NCBI RefSeq assembly: GCF_963921235.1
Contig: NC_086097.1
Span: 183,212,001 to 183,276,000, forward strand
DNA: 64,000 nucleotides
From: Mobula hypostoma
Taxonomy: Eukaryota
Direction: 5' to 3'
The notes under the pieces: model-generated
Seen by the model: the letters and a program-made list of their open reading frames with translations, nothing else
Database searches by the model: none
Told to the model about the DNA's origin: nothing
Program-made: the position numbers and the translations under genes
Shown here: positions 36,301 through 48,300 of the stretch, in pieces
Numbering within the stretch: position 1 is the stretch's first letter
Layout: each line of letters starts with the position of its first letter

Positions 36301-39300
36301 CTCCTGCCAAGCCTCGCCTCAAGTCTCCAGCCTCCTACCTCCTGCCAAGCCTCGCTTCAAGTCTCCAGCCTCCTGCCTCCCGCCAAGCCTCGCCTCGTCT
36401 CCAGTCTCCTGCCTCCTGCCAAGCCTCGCCTCAAGTCTCTAGCCTCCTGCCTCCTGCCAAGCCTCGCCTCAAGCCTCTAGCCTCCAGCCTCCTGCCTCTA
36501 GCCAAGCCTCGCCTCAAGTCTCTAGCCTCCTGCCAAGCCTCACCTCAAGTTCTCCAGCCTCCTTCCTCCTGCCAAGCCTCAAGCCTGAAGACTCTGGCCT
36601 CCTGCCAAGCGTCAAGCCTGAAGACTCTAGCCTCCTGCCTAGCCTCAAGTCTTAAGACTCCTGCCTCCTTCCAAGCCTCGCCTCATGTCTCCAGCCACCT
36701 GCCAAGCCTCGCCTCAAGTCTCCAGCTTCCATCCTCCTGCCAAGCCTCGCCTTGTCTCCAGCCTCCTGCCAAGCCTTGCCTCAAATCTCTAGCCTCCTGC
36801 CAAGCCTCGCCTCAAGTCTCCAGCCTCCTACCTCCTGCCAAGCCTCGCTTCAAGTCTCCAGCCTCCTGCCTCCTGCCAAGCCTCGCCTCGTCTCCAGTCT
36901 CCTGCCTCCTGCCAAGCCTCGCCTCAAGTCTCTAGCCTCCTGCCTCCTGCCAAGCCTCGCCTCAAGTCTCTAGCCTCCTGCCTCCTGCCAAGCCTCGCCT
37001 CAAGTCTCTAGCCTCCTACCTCTTGCCAAGACTCGCCTGAAGCCTCCAGCCTCCTGCCTCCTGCAAAGCCTCGCCTCAAGTCTCTAGCCTCCTGCCAAGC
37101 CTCGCATCAAGTCTCCAGCCTCCTGCCAAGACTCACGTCAAGTCTCCAGCCTCCTGCCTCCAGCCAAGCCTTGCTTCAAGTCTCTAGCCTCCTGCCAAGC
37201 CTCGCCTCGTCTCCAGCCTCCTGCCAAGCCTCGCCTCAAGTCTCCAGCCTCCTGCTTCCTGCCAAGTCTCGTCTCATGTCTCTAGCTTCCTGCCTCCTGC
37301 CAAGCCTCGCCTCAAGTCTCTAGCCTCCTACCTCCTGCCAAGACTCGCCTGAAGCCTCTAGCCTCCTGCCTCCTGCATAGCCTCGCCTCGTCTCTAGCAT
37401 ACTGCCAAGCCTCGCCTCAAGTCTCCATCCTCCTGCCTCCTGCCAAGCCTCACCTCAAGTCTCCAGCCTCCTGCTTCCTGCCAAGCCTCGCCTCAAGTCT
37501 CTGCCTCCTCCCTCCTGCCATGACTCGCCTCGTCTCCAGCCTTCTGCCTCCTGCCAAGCCACGACTCAAGTCTTCAGCCTCCTGCCTCCTGCCTAGACTC
37601 GCCTCAAGTCTCTTTCCTCCTGCCATGCCTCGCATCAAGTCTCCAGCCTCCTGCCTCCTGCCAAGCCTCGCCTCAAGTCTCCAGCCTCCTGCCACCTGCC
37701 AAGCCTCACCTCAAGTCTCCAGCCTCCTGCCCCCCGCCAAGCCTCACATCAAGTCTCCAGCCTCCAGCCAAGCCTTGCCTCAAGTCTCCAGCCTCCTGCC
37801 TCTAGCCAAGCCTTGCTTCAAGTCTCTAGCCTCCTGCCAAGCCTCGCCTCGTCTCCAGCCTCCTGCCAAGCCTCGCCTCAAGTCTCCAGCCTCCTGCTTC
37901 CTGCCAAGCCTCGTCTCATGTCTCTAGCTTCCTGCCTCCTGCCAAGCCTCGCCTCAAGTCTCTAGCCTCCTACCTCCTGCCAAGACTCGCCTGAAGCCTC
38001 TAGCCTCCTGCCTCCTGCCAAGCCTCGCCTCGTCTCTAGCATACTGCCAAGCCTCGAATCAAGTCTCCATCCTCCTGCCTCCTGCCAAGCCTCACCTCAA
38101 GTCTCCAGCCTCCTGCTTCCTGCCAAGCCTCGCCTCAAGTCTCTGCCTCCTCCCTCCTGCCATGACTCACCTCGTCTCCAGCCTTCTGTCTCCTGCCAAG
38201 CCACGACTCAAGTCTTCAGCCTCCTGCCTCCTGCCTAGACTCGCCTCAAGTCTCTTTCCTCCTGCCATGCCTCGCATCAAGTCTCCAGCCTCCTGCTTCC
38301 TGCCAAGACTAATCTCAAGTCTCCAGCCTCCAGCCTCCTGCCAAGCCTCGCCTCGTCTCCAGCCTCCTGCCAAGCCTCGCCTCAAGTCTCCAGCCTCCTG
38401 CCACCTGCCAAGCCTCGCCTCAAGTCTCCAGCCTCCTGCCCCCCGCCAAGCCTCACATCAAGTCTCCAGCCTCCAGCCAAGGCTTGCCTCAAGTCTCCAG
38501 CCTCCTGCCTCCTGCCAAGCCTCACCTCGTCTCCAACCTCCTGCCTCCTGCCAAGACTCGCCTCAAGTCTTTTGCCTCCTGCCAAGCCTCGCATCAAGTC
38601 TCCAGCCTCCTGCCTCCTGCCAAGACTCATCTCAAGTCTCCAGCCTCCTGCCTCCTGCCAAGCCTCGCCTCGTCTCCAGCCTCCTGCCTCCTGCCAAGCC
38701 TCGCCTCGTCTCCAGCCTCCTGCCTCCTGCCAAGCCTCGCCTCGTCTCCAGCCTCCTGCCTCCTGCCAAGCCTCGCCTCGTTTCCAGCCTCCTGCCTCCT
38801 GCCAAGACTCGCCTCAAGTCTCTTGCCTCCTGCCAAGCCTCGCATCAAGTCTCCAGCCTCCTGCCTCCTGCCAAGACTCATCTCAAGTCTCCAGCCTCCT
38901 GCCTCCTGCCAAGCCTCGCCTCGTCTCTAGCCTCCGGCCTCCTGCCAAGACTCATCTCAAGCCTCTAGCCTCCAGCCTCCTACCTCCTGCCAAGCCTTGC
39001 TTCAAGTCTCCAGCCTCCTGCCTCCTGCCAAGCCTCACCTCGTCTCCAACCTCCTGCCTCCTGCCAAGACTCGCCTCAAGTCTCTTGCCTCCTGCCAAGC
39101 CTCGCATCAAGTCTCCATCCTCCTGCCCCCCGCCAAGCCTCACATCAAGTCTCCAGCCTTCAGCCAAGCCTTGCCTCAAGTCTCCAGCCACCTGCCTCCT
39201 GCCAAGCCTCACCTCGTCTCCAACCTCCTGCCTCCTGCCAAGACCCGCCTCAAGTCTCTTGCCTCCTGCCAAGCCTCGCATCAAGTCTCCAGCCTCCTGC

Positions 39301-42300
39301 CTCCTGCCAAGACTCATCTCAAGACTCCAGCCTCCTGCCTCCTGCCAAGCCTTGCCTCGTCTCCAGCCTCCTGCCTCCTGCCAAGCCTCGCCTCGTCTCC
39401 AGCCTCCTGCCTCCTGCCAAGCCTCGCCTCGTTTCCAGCCTCCTGCCTCCTGCCAAGACTCGCCTCAAGTCTCTTGCCTCCTGCCAAGCCTCGCATCAAG
39501 TCTCCAGCCTCCTGCCTCCTGCCAAGACTCACCTCGTCTCCAACCTCCTGCCTCCTGCCAAGACCCGCCTCAAGTCTCTTGCCTCCTGCCAAGCCTCGCA
39601 TCAAGTCTCCAGCCTCCTGCCTCCTGCCAAGACTCATCTCAAGTCTCCAGCCTCCTGCCTCCTGCCAAGCCTTGCCTCGTCTCCAGCCTCCTGCCTCCTG
39701 CCAAGCCTCGCCTCGTCTCCAGCCTCCTGCCTCCTGCCAACCCTCGCCTCGTTTCCAGCCTCCTGCCTCCTGCCAAGACTCGCCTCAAGTCTCTTGCCTC
39801 CTGCCAAGCCTCGCATCAAGTCTCCAGCCTCCTGCCTCCTGCCAAGACTCATCTCAAGTCTCCAGCCTCCTGCCTCCTGCCAAGCCTCGCCTCGTCTCTA
39901 GCCTCCGGCCTCCTGCCAAGACTCATCTCAAGCCTCTAGCCTCCAGCCTCCTACCTCCTGCCAAGTCTTGCTTCAAGTCTCCAGCCTCCTGCCTCCTGCC
40001 AAGCCTCACCTCGTCTCCAGCCTCCTGCCTCCTGCCAGGCCTCGCCTCAAGTCTCTAGCCTCCTACCACCTGCCAAGACTCGCCCGAAGCCTCTAGCCTC
40101 CTGCCTCCTGCAAAGCCTCGCCTGAAGTCTCTGCCTCCTCCCTCCTGCCATGACTCGCCTCGTCTCCAGCCTTCTGCCTCCTGCCAAGCCTCGACTCAAG
40201 TCTCTAGCCTCCTGCCTCCTGCCAAGCCTCACCTCGTCTCCAGCCTCCTGCCTCCTGCCAGGCCTCGCCTCAAGTCTCTAGCCTCCTACCACCTGCCAAG
40301 ACTCGCCCGAAGCCTGTAGCCTCCTGCCTCCTGCAAAGCCTCGCCTGAAGTCTCTGCCTCCTCCCTCCTGCCATGACTCGCCTCGTCTCCAGCCTTCTGC
40401 CTCCTGCCAAGCCTCGACTCAAGTCTTCAGCCTCCTGCCTCCTGCCAAGACTCGCCTCAAGTCTCTTGCCTCCTGCCAAGCCTCGCCTCAAGTCTCCAGC
40501 CTCCTGCCTCCTGCCAAGACTCATCTCAAGTCTCCAGACTCCTGCCAAGCCTCACCTCATCTCCAGCCTCCTGCCTCCTGCCAAGCCTCGCCTCGTTTCC
40601 AGCCTCCTGCCTCCTGCCAAGACTCGCCTCAAGTCTTTTGCCTCCTGCCAAGCCTCGCCTCAAGTCTCCAGCCTCCTGCCTCCTGCCAAGCCTCGCCTCA
40701 AGTCTCCAGCTCCTGCCCCCTGCCAAGCCTCGCCTCAAGTCTCCAGCCTCCTTCCTCCTGCCAAGCCTCGCCTCAAGTCTCTTCCTCCTGCCTCCTGCCA
40801 AAACTCGCCTCAAGTCTCTAGCCTCCATTCTCCTGCCAAACTCACCTCAAGCCTCTAGCCTCCTGCCTCCTGCCAAACCTCTCCTCAAGTCTCCAGCCTC
40901 CTGCCTCCTGCCAAGACTCATCTCAAGCCTCTAGCCTCCTGCCTCCTGCCAAGTCTTGCCTCAAGTCTCCAGCCTCCAGCCTCCTGCCTAGCTTCAAGCC
41001 TGAAGACTCTAGCCTCCTGCCTAGCCTCAAGTCCGAAGACTCATGCCTCCTGCCAAGCCTCGCCACATGTCTCCAGCCTCCTGCATCCTGCCAAGCCTCG
41101 CCTCAACTTCTCCAGCCTCCTGCGTCCTGCCAAGCATCGCCTCGTCTCTAGCCTCCTGCCAAGCCTCGCCTCATGTCTCCAGCCACCTGCCAAGCCTCGC
41201 ATCAAGTCTCCAGCCTCCTGCCTCCTGCCAAGACTCATCTCAAGTCTCCAGCCTCCTGCCTCCTGCCAAGCCTCGCCTCGTCTCTAGCCTCCGGCCTCCT
41301 GCCAAGACTCATCTCAAGCCTCTAGCCTCCAGCCTCCTACCTCCTGCCAAGTCTTGCTTCAAGTCTCCAGCCTCCTGCCTCCTGCCAAGCCTCACCTCGT
41401 CTCCAGCCTCCTGCCTCCTGCCAGGCCTCGCCTCAAGTCTCTAGCCTCCTACCACCTGCCAAGACTCGCCCGAAGCCTCTAGCCTCCTGCCTCCTGCAAA
41501 GCCTCGCCTGAAGTCTCTGCCTCCTCCCTCCTGCCATGACTCGCCTCGTCTCCAGCCTTCTGCCTCCTGCCAAGCCTCGACTCAAGTCTTCAGCCTCCTG
41601 CCTCCTGCCAAGACTCGCCTCAAGTCTCTTGCCTCCTGCCAAGCCTCGCCTCAAGTCTCCAGCCTCCTGCCTCCTGCCAAGACTCATCTCAAGTCTCCAG
41701 CCTCCTGCCAAGCCTCACCTCATCTCCAGCCTCCTGCCTCCTGCCAAGCCTCGCCTCGTTTCCAGCCTCCTGCCTCCTGCCAAGACTCGCCTCAAGTCTC
41801 TTGCCTCCTGCCAAGCCTCGCCTCAAGTCTCCAGCCTCCTGCCTCCTGCCAAGCCTCGCCTCAAGTCTCCAGCTCCTGCCCCCTGCCAAGCCTCGCCTCA
41901 AGTCTCCAGCCTCCTTCCTCCTGCCAAGCCTCGCCTCAAGTCTCTTCCTCCTGCCTCCTGCCAAAACTCGCAACAAGTCTCTAGCCTCCATTCTCCTGCC
42001 AAACTCACCTCAAGCCTCTAGCCTCCTGCCTCCTGCCAAACCTCTCCTCAAGTCTCCAGCCTCCTGCCTCCTGCCAAGACTCATCTCAAGCCTCTAGCCT
42101 CCTGCCTCCTGCCAAGCCTTGCCTCAAGTCTCCAGCCTCCTGCCTCCTGCCAAGCCTTGCCTCAAGTCTCCAGCCTCCTGCCTCCTGCCAAGACTCACCT
42201 CAAGTCTCCAGGCTCCTGCCTCCAGCCAAGCCTCGCCTCAAGTCTCTAGCCTCCTGCCAAGCCTCGCCTCAAGTCTCCAACCTCCTGCCTCCTGCCAAGC

Positions 42301-45300
42301 CTCAAGCCTGAAGACTCCAGCCTCCTGCCTAGCTTCAAGCCTGAAGACTCTAGCCTCCTGCCTAGCCTCAAGTCCGAAGACTCATGCCTCCTGCCAAGCC
42401 TCGCCACAAGTCTCCAGCATCCTGCATCCTGCCAAGCCTCGCCTCAACTTCTCCAGCCTCCTGCGTCCTGCCAAGCATCGCCTCATCTCTAGCCTCCTGC
42501 CAAGCCTCGCCTCATGTCTCCAGCCACCTGCCAAGCCTCGCCTCAAGTCTCCAGCCTCCTACCTCCTGCCAAGCCTCGCCTCAAGTCTCCAGCTCCCTGC
42601 CTCCTGCCAAGCCTCACCTCATCTCCAGCCTCCTGCCTCCTGCCAAGCCTCGCCTCAAGTCTCTAGACTCCTGCCTCCTGCCAAGCCTCGCCTCAAGTCT
42701 CTAGCCTCCTACCTCCTGCCAAGACTCGCCTGAAGCCTCTAGCCTCCTGCCTCCTGCAAAGCCTCGCCTCAAGTCTCAGCCTCCTGCCAAGCCTCACATC
42801 AAGTCTCCAGCCTCCTGCCTCCTGCCAAGACTCACCTCAAGTCTCCAGCCTACTGCCTCCAGCCAAGCCTCGCCTCAAGTCTCTAGCCTCCTACCTCCTG
42901 CCAAGACTCGCCTGAAGCCTCTAGCCTCCTGCCTCCTGTAAAGCCTCGCCTCAAGTCTCCTGCCTCCTGCCAAGTCACGCCTCACATCTCCAGCCTCCTG
43001 CCAAGCCTCGCCTCAAGTCTCCAGCCTCCTGTCTCTTGCCAAGCCTCGCCTCAAGTCTGCAGCCTCATGCTTCCTGCCAAGCCTCGCGTCGTCTCTGCCT
43101 CCTGCCTCCTGCCACCTCGCCTCAAGTCTGCAGCCACCTGCTAAGCCTTGCCTCAAGTCTCTAGCCTCCTGCCAAGTCTCGCATCAAGTCTCCAGCCTCC
43201 TGCCTCCTGCCAAGCTTCGCCTCATGTCTCCAGCCTCCTGCCTCCTGCCAAGATTCGCCTCAAGTCTCCAGCCTCCTGCCCCTGCCAAGCCTCACATCAA
43301 GTCTCCAGCCTCCAGCCAAGCCTTGCCTCAAGTCTCCAGCCTCCTGCCTCTAGCCAAGCCTTGCTTCAAGTCTCTAGCCTCCTGCCAAGCCTCGCCTCGT
43401 CTCCAGCCTCCTGCCAAGCCTCGCCTCAAGTCTCCAGCCTCCTGCTTCCTGCCAAGCCTCGTCTCATGTCTCTAGCTTCCTGCCTCCTGCCAAGCCTCGC
43501 CTCAAGTCTCTAGCCTCCTACCTCCTGCCAAGACTCGCCTGAAGCCTCTAGCCTCCTGCCTCCTGCAAAGCCTCGCCTCGTCTCTAGCATACTGCCAAGC
43601 CTCGACTCAAGTCTCCATCCTCCTGCCTCCTGCCAAGCCTCACCTCAAGTCTCCAGCCTCCTGCTTCCTGCCAAGCCTCGCCTCAAGTCTCTGCCTCCTC
43701 CCTCCTGCCATGACTCACCTCGTCTCCAGCCTTCTGTCTCCTGCCAAGCCACGACTCAAGTCTTCAGCCTCCTGCCTCCTGCCTAGACTCGCCTCAAGTC
43801 TCTTTCCTCCTGCCATGCCTCGCATCAAGTCTCCAGCCTCCTGCTTCCTGCCAAGACTAATCTCAAGTCTCCAGCCTCCAGCCTCCTGCCAAGCCTTGCC
43901 TCGTCTCCAGCCTCCTGCCTCCTGCCAAGCCTCGCCTCAAGTCTCCAGCCTCCTGCCACCTGCCAAGCCTCGCCTCAAGTCTCCAGCCTCCTGCCCCCCG
44001 CCAAGCCTCACATCAAGTCTCCAGCCTCCAGCCAAGGCTTGCCTCAAGTCTCCAGCCTCCAGCCTCCTGCCAAGCCTCGCCTCGTCTCCAGCCTCCTGCC
44101 TCCTGCCAAGCCTCGCCTCAAGTCTCCAGCCTCCTGCCACCTGCCAAGCCTCGCCTCAAGTCTCCAGCCTCCTGCCCCCCGCCAAGCCTCACATCAAGTC
44201 TCCAGCCTCCAGCCAAGGCTTGCCTCAAGTCTCCAGCCTCCTGCCTCCTGCCAAGCCTCACCTCGTCTCCAACCTCCTGCCTCCTGCCAAGACTCGCCTC
44301 AAGTCTCTTGCCTCCTGCCAAGCCTCGCATCAAGTCTCCAGCCTCCTGCCTCCTGCCAAGACTCATCTCAAGTCTCCAGCCTCCTGCCTCCTGCCAAGCC
44401 TCGCCTCGTCTCCAGCCTCCTGCCTCCTGCCAAGCCTCGCCTCGTCTCCAGCCTCCTGCCTCCTGCCAAGCCTCGCCTCGTTTCCAGCCTCCTGCCTCCT
44501 GCCAAGACTCGCCTCAAGTCTCTTGCCTCCTGCCAAGCCTCGCATCAAGTCTCCAGCCTCCTGCCTCCTGCCAAGACTCATCTCAAGTCTCCAGCCTCCT
44601 GCCTCCTGCCAAGCCTCGCCTCGTCTCTAGCCTCCGGCCTCCTGCCAAGACTCATCTCAAGCCTCTAGCCTCCAGCCTCCTACCTCCTGCCAAGCCTTGC
44701 TTCAAGTCTCCAGCCTCCTGCCTCCTGCCAAGCCACACCTCGTCTCCAGCCTCCGTCCTCCTGCCAGGCCTCGCCTCAAGTCTCTAGCCTCCTACCTCCT
44801 GCCAAGACTCGCCCGAAGCCTCTAGCCTCCTGCCTCCTGCAAAGCCTCGCCTGAAGTCTCTGCCTCCTCCCTCCTGCCATGACTCGCCTCGTCTCCAGCC
44901 TTCTGCCTCCTGCCAAGCCTCGACTCGTCTTCAGCCTCCTGCCTCCTGCCAAGACTCGCCTCAAGTCTCTTGCCTCCTGCCAAGCCTCGCCTCAAGTCTC
45001 CAGCCTCCTGCCTCCTGCCAAGCCTCGCCTCAAGTCTCCAGCTCCTGCCCCCTGCCAAGCCTCGCCTCAAGGCTCCAGCCTCCTGCCTCCTGCCAAGCCT
45101 CGCCTCAAGTCTCTTCCTCCTGCCTCCTGCCAAAACTCGCCTCAAGTCTCTAGCCTCCATTCTCCTGCCAAACTCACCTCAAGTCTCCAGCCTCCTGCCT
45201 CCTGCCTCGTGCCAAGACTCACCTCAAGTCTCCAGGCTCCTGCCTCCAGCCAAGCCTCGCCTCAAGTCTCTAGCCTCCTGCGAAGCCTCGCCTCAAGTCT

Positions 45301-48300
45301 CCAGCCTCCTGACTCCTGCCAAGCCTCAAGCCTGAAGACTCCAGCCTCCTGCCTAGCTTCAAGCCTGAAGACTCTAGCCTCCTGCCTAGCCTCAAGTCCG
45401 AAGACTCATGCCTCCTGCCAAGCCTGGCCTCAAGTCTCCAGCCTCCTGCGTCCTGCCAAGCCTCGCCTCAACTTCTCCAGCCTCCTGCGTCCTGCCAAGC
45501 ATCGCCTCGTCTCTAGCCTCCTGCCAAGCCTCGCCTCAAGTCTCCAGCCTCCTACCTCCTGGCAAGCCTCGCCTCAAGTCTCCAGCTCCCTACCTCCTGC
45601 CAAGCCTCACCTCATCTCCAGCCTCCTGCCTCCTGCCAAGCCTCGCCTCAAGTCTCTAGTCTCCTGCCTCCTGCCAAGCCTCGCCTCAAGTCTCAGCCTC
45701 CTGCCAAGACTCACATCAAGTCTCCAGCCTCCGGCCTCCTGCCAAGACTCACCTCAAGTCTCCAGCCTCCTGCCTCCAGCCAAGCCTCGCCTCAAGACTC
45801 TAGCCTCCTGCCAAGCCTCGCCTTGTCTCCAGCCTCCTGCCAAGCCTCGCCTCAAATCTCCAGCCTCCTGCTTCCTGCCAAGCCTCACCTCATGTCTCTA
45901 GCCTCCTTCCTCCTGCCAAGCCTCGCCTCAAGTCTCTAGCCTCCTACCTCCTGCCAAGACTCGCCTGAAGCCTCTAGCCTCCTGCCTCCTGTAAAGCCTC
46001 GCCTTGTCTCTAGCATACTTCCAAGTGTCGCATTAAGTCTCCAGCCTCCTTCCTCCAGCCAAGCCTCGCCTCAAGTCTCCTGCCTCCTGCCAAGTCACGC
46101 CTCACATCTCCAGCCTCCTGCCAAGCCTCGCCTCAAGTCTCCAGCCTCCTGTCTCTTGCCAAGCCTCGCCTCAAGTCTGCAGCCTCATGCTTCCTGCCAA
46201 GCCTCGCGTTGTCTCTGCCTCCTGCCTCCTGCCACCTCGCCTCAAGTCTGCAGCCACCTGCTAAGCCTTGCCTCAAGTCTCTAGCCTCCTGCCAAGTCTC
46301 GCATCAAGTCTCCAGCCTCCTGCCTCCTGCCAAGCTTCGCCTCAAGTCTCCAGCCTCCTGCCTCCTGCCAAGCCTCACCTCGTCTCCAGCCTCCTGCCAA
46401 GCCTCGCCTCATCTCTAGCCTCCTGCCTCCTGCCAAGCCTCACCTCGTCTCCAGCATCCTGCCAAGCCTCGCCTCAAGTCTCCAGCCTCCTGCCAAGCCT
46501 CACCTCAAGTCTCCAGCCTCCTTCCTCCTGCCAAGACTCGCCTCAAGTCTCCATCCTCCTGCCAAGCCTCACCTCAAGTCTCCAGCCTCCTGCCTCCTGC
46601 CATGACTCACCTCGTCTCCAGCCTCCTGCCTCCTGCCAAGCCTCGACTCAAGTCTTCAGCCTTCTGCCTCCTGCCAAGCCTCGCCTCAAGTTTCCAGCCT
46701 CCTGCCTCCTGCCAAGCCTCGCCTCGTCTCCAGCCTCCTGCCTCCTGCCAAGCCTCGCCTCAAGTCTCTAGCCTCCTGCCTCCTGCCAAGCCTCACCTCA
46801 AGTCTCTGCCTCCTGCCTCTTGCCAAAACTCGCCTCAAGTCTCTAGCCTCCTGCCAAGCCTCGCATCAAGTCTCCAGCCTCCTGCCTCCTGCCAAGACTC
46901 ATCTCAAGGCTCCAGCCTCCTGCCTCCTGCCAAGCCTCGCCTCGTGTGTAGCCTCCTACCTCCTGCCAAGCCTCACCTCAAATCTCTAGCCTCTAGCCTC
47001 CTGCCAAGCCTCGCCTCAATTCTCCAGCCTCCTGCTTCCTGCCAAGCCTCGCCTGAAGTCTCTGCCTCCTGCCTCCTGCCAAAACTCATCTCGTCTCCAG
47101 CCTCCTTTCTCCTGCCAAGCCTCGCCTCATCTCCAGCCTCCTGCGTACTGCCAAGCCTCGCCTCAAGTCTCTAGCCTCCTGCCTCCTACCAAGCCTCGCC
47201 TCAAGTCTCTGGCCTCCTGCTAAGCCTCGCCTCAAGTCTCTGCCTCCTGCCTCCTGCCAAGCCTCGCCTCAAGTCTCTAGCCTCCTGCCTCCTGCCAAGC
47301 CTCGCCTCAAATCTCTAGCCTCCTGCCTCCTGCCAAGCCTCGCCTCAAGTCTCTAGCCTCCAGCCAAGCCTGGCCTCAAGTCTCTAGCCTCCTGCCTCCT
47401 TCCAAGCCTCGCCTCAAGTCTCTAGCCTCCTGCCTCCTTCCAAGCCTCGCCTCAAGTCTCTAGCCTCCTGCCTCCTGCCAAGCCTTGCCTCAAGTCTCTG
47501 GCCTCCTGCCGAGCCTCGCCTCAAGTCTCTAGCCTCCTGCCTAGCCTCGCCTCGTCTCTAGCCTCCTGCCAAGCCTCGCATCAAGTCTCGTTTCTAGCTT
47601 ATAGCCTGAAGACCCCAGCCTCCTGCCAAGCCTCATCTCTAGCCTCTAGCCTCAAGCCTGAAGACCCCATCCTTCTGCCTCCTGCCAAGCCTCGCATCAA
47701 GTCTCGTTTCTAGCTTCTAGCCTGAAGACCCCAGCCTCCTGCCAAGCCTCGCCTCAAGTCCCTGCCTCATCCCTCCTGCCATGACTCGCCTCGTCTCCAG
47801 CCTTCTGCCTCCTGCCAAGCCTCTACTCAAGTCTTCAGCCTCCTGCCTCCTGCCAAGACTCGCCTCAAGTCTCTTGCCTCCTGCCAAGCCTCGCATCAAG
47901 TCTCCAGCCTCCTGCCTCCTGCCAAGACTCATCTCAAGTCTCCAGCCTCCTTCCTCCTGCCAAGCCTCGCATCGTCTGCAGCCTCCTGCCTCCTGCCAAG
48001 ACTCGCCTCGTCTCCAGCCTTCTGTCAAGCCTCGCCTCGTCTCCAGCCTCTTGCATCCTGCCAAGTCTCGACTCACGTCTTCAGCCTCCTGCCTCCTGCC
48101 AAGCCTCGCCTCAAGTCTCCAGCCTCCTGCCTCCTGCCAAGCCTCGCCTCAAGTCTCCAGCCTCCTGCCTCCTGCCAAGACTCATCTCAAGCCTCTAGCC
48201 TCCTGCCTCCTGCCAAGCCTCGCCTCGTCTCCAGCCTCCTGCCAAGCCTCGCCTCAAGTCTCCAGCCTCCTGCCTCCTGCCAAGCCTTGCCTCAAGTCTC

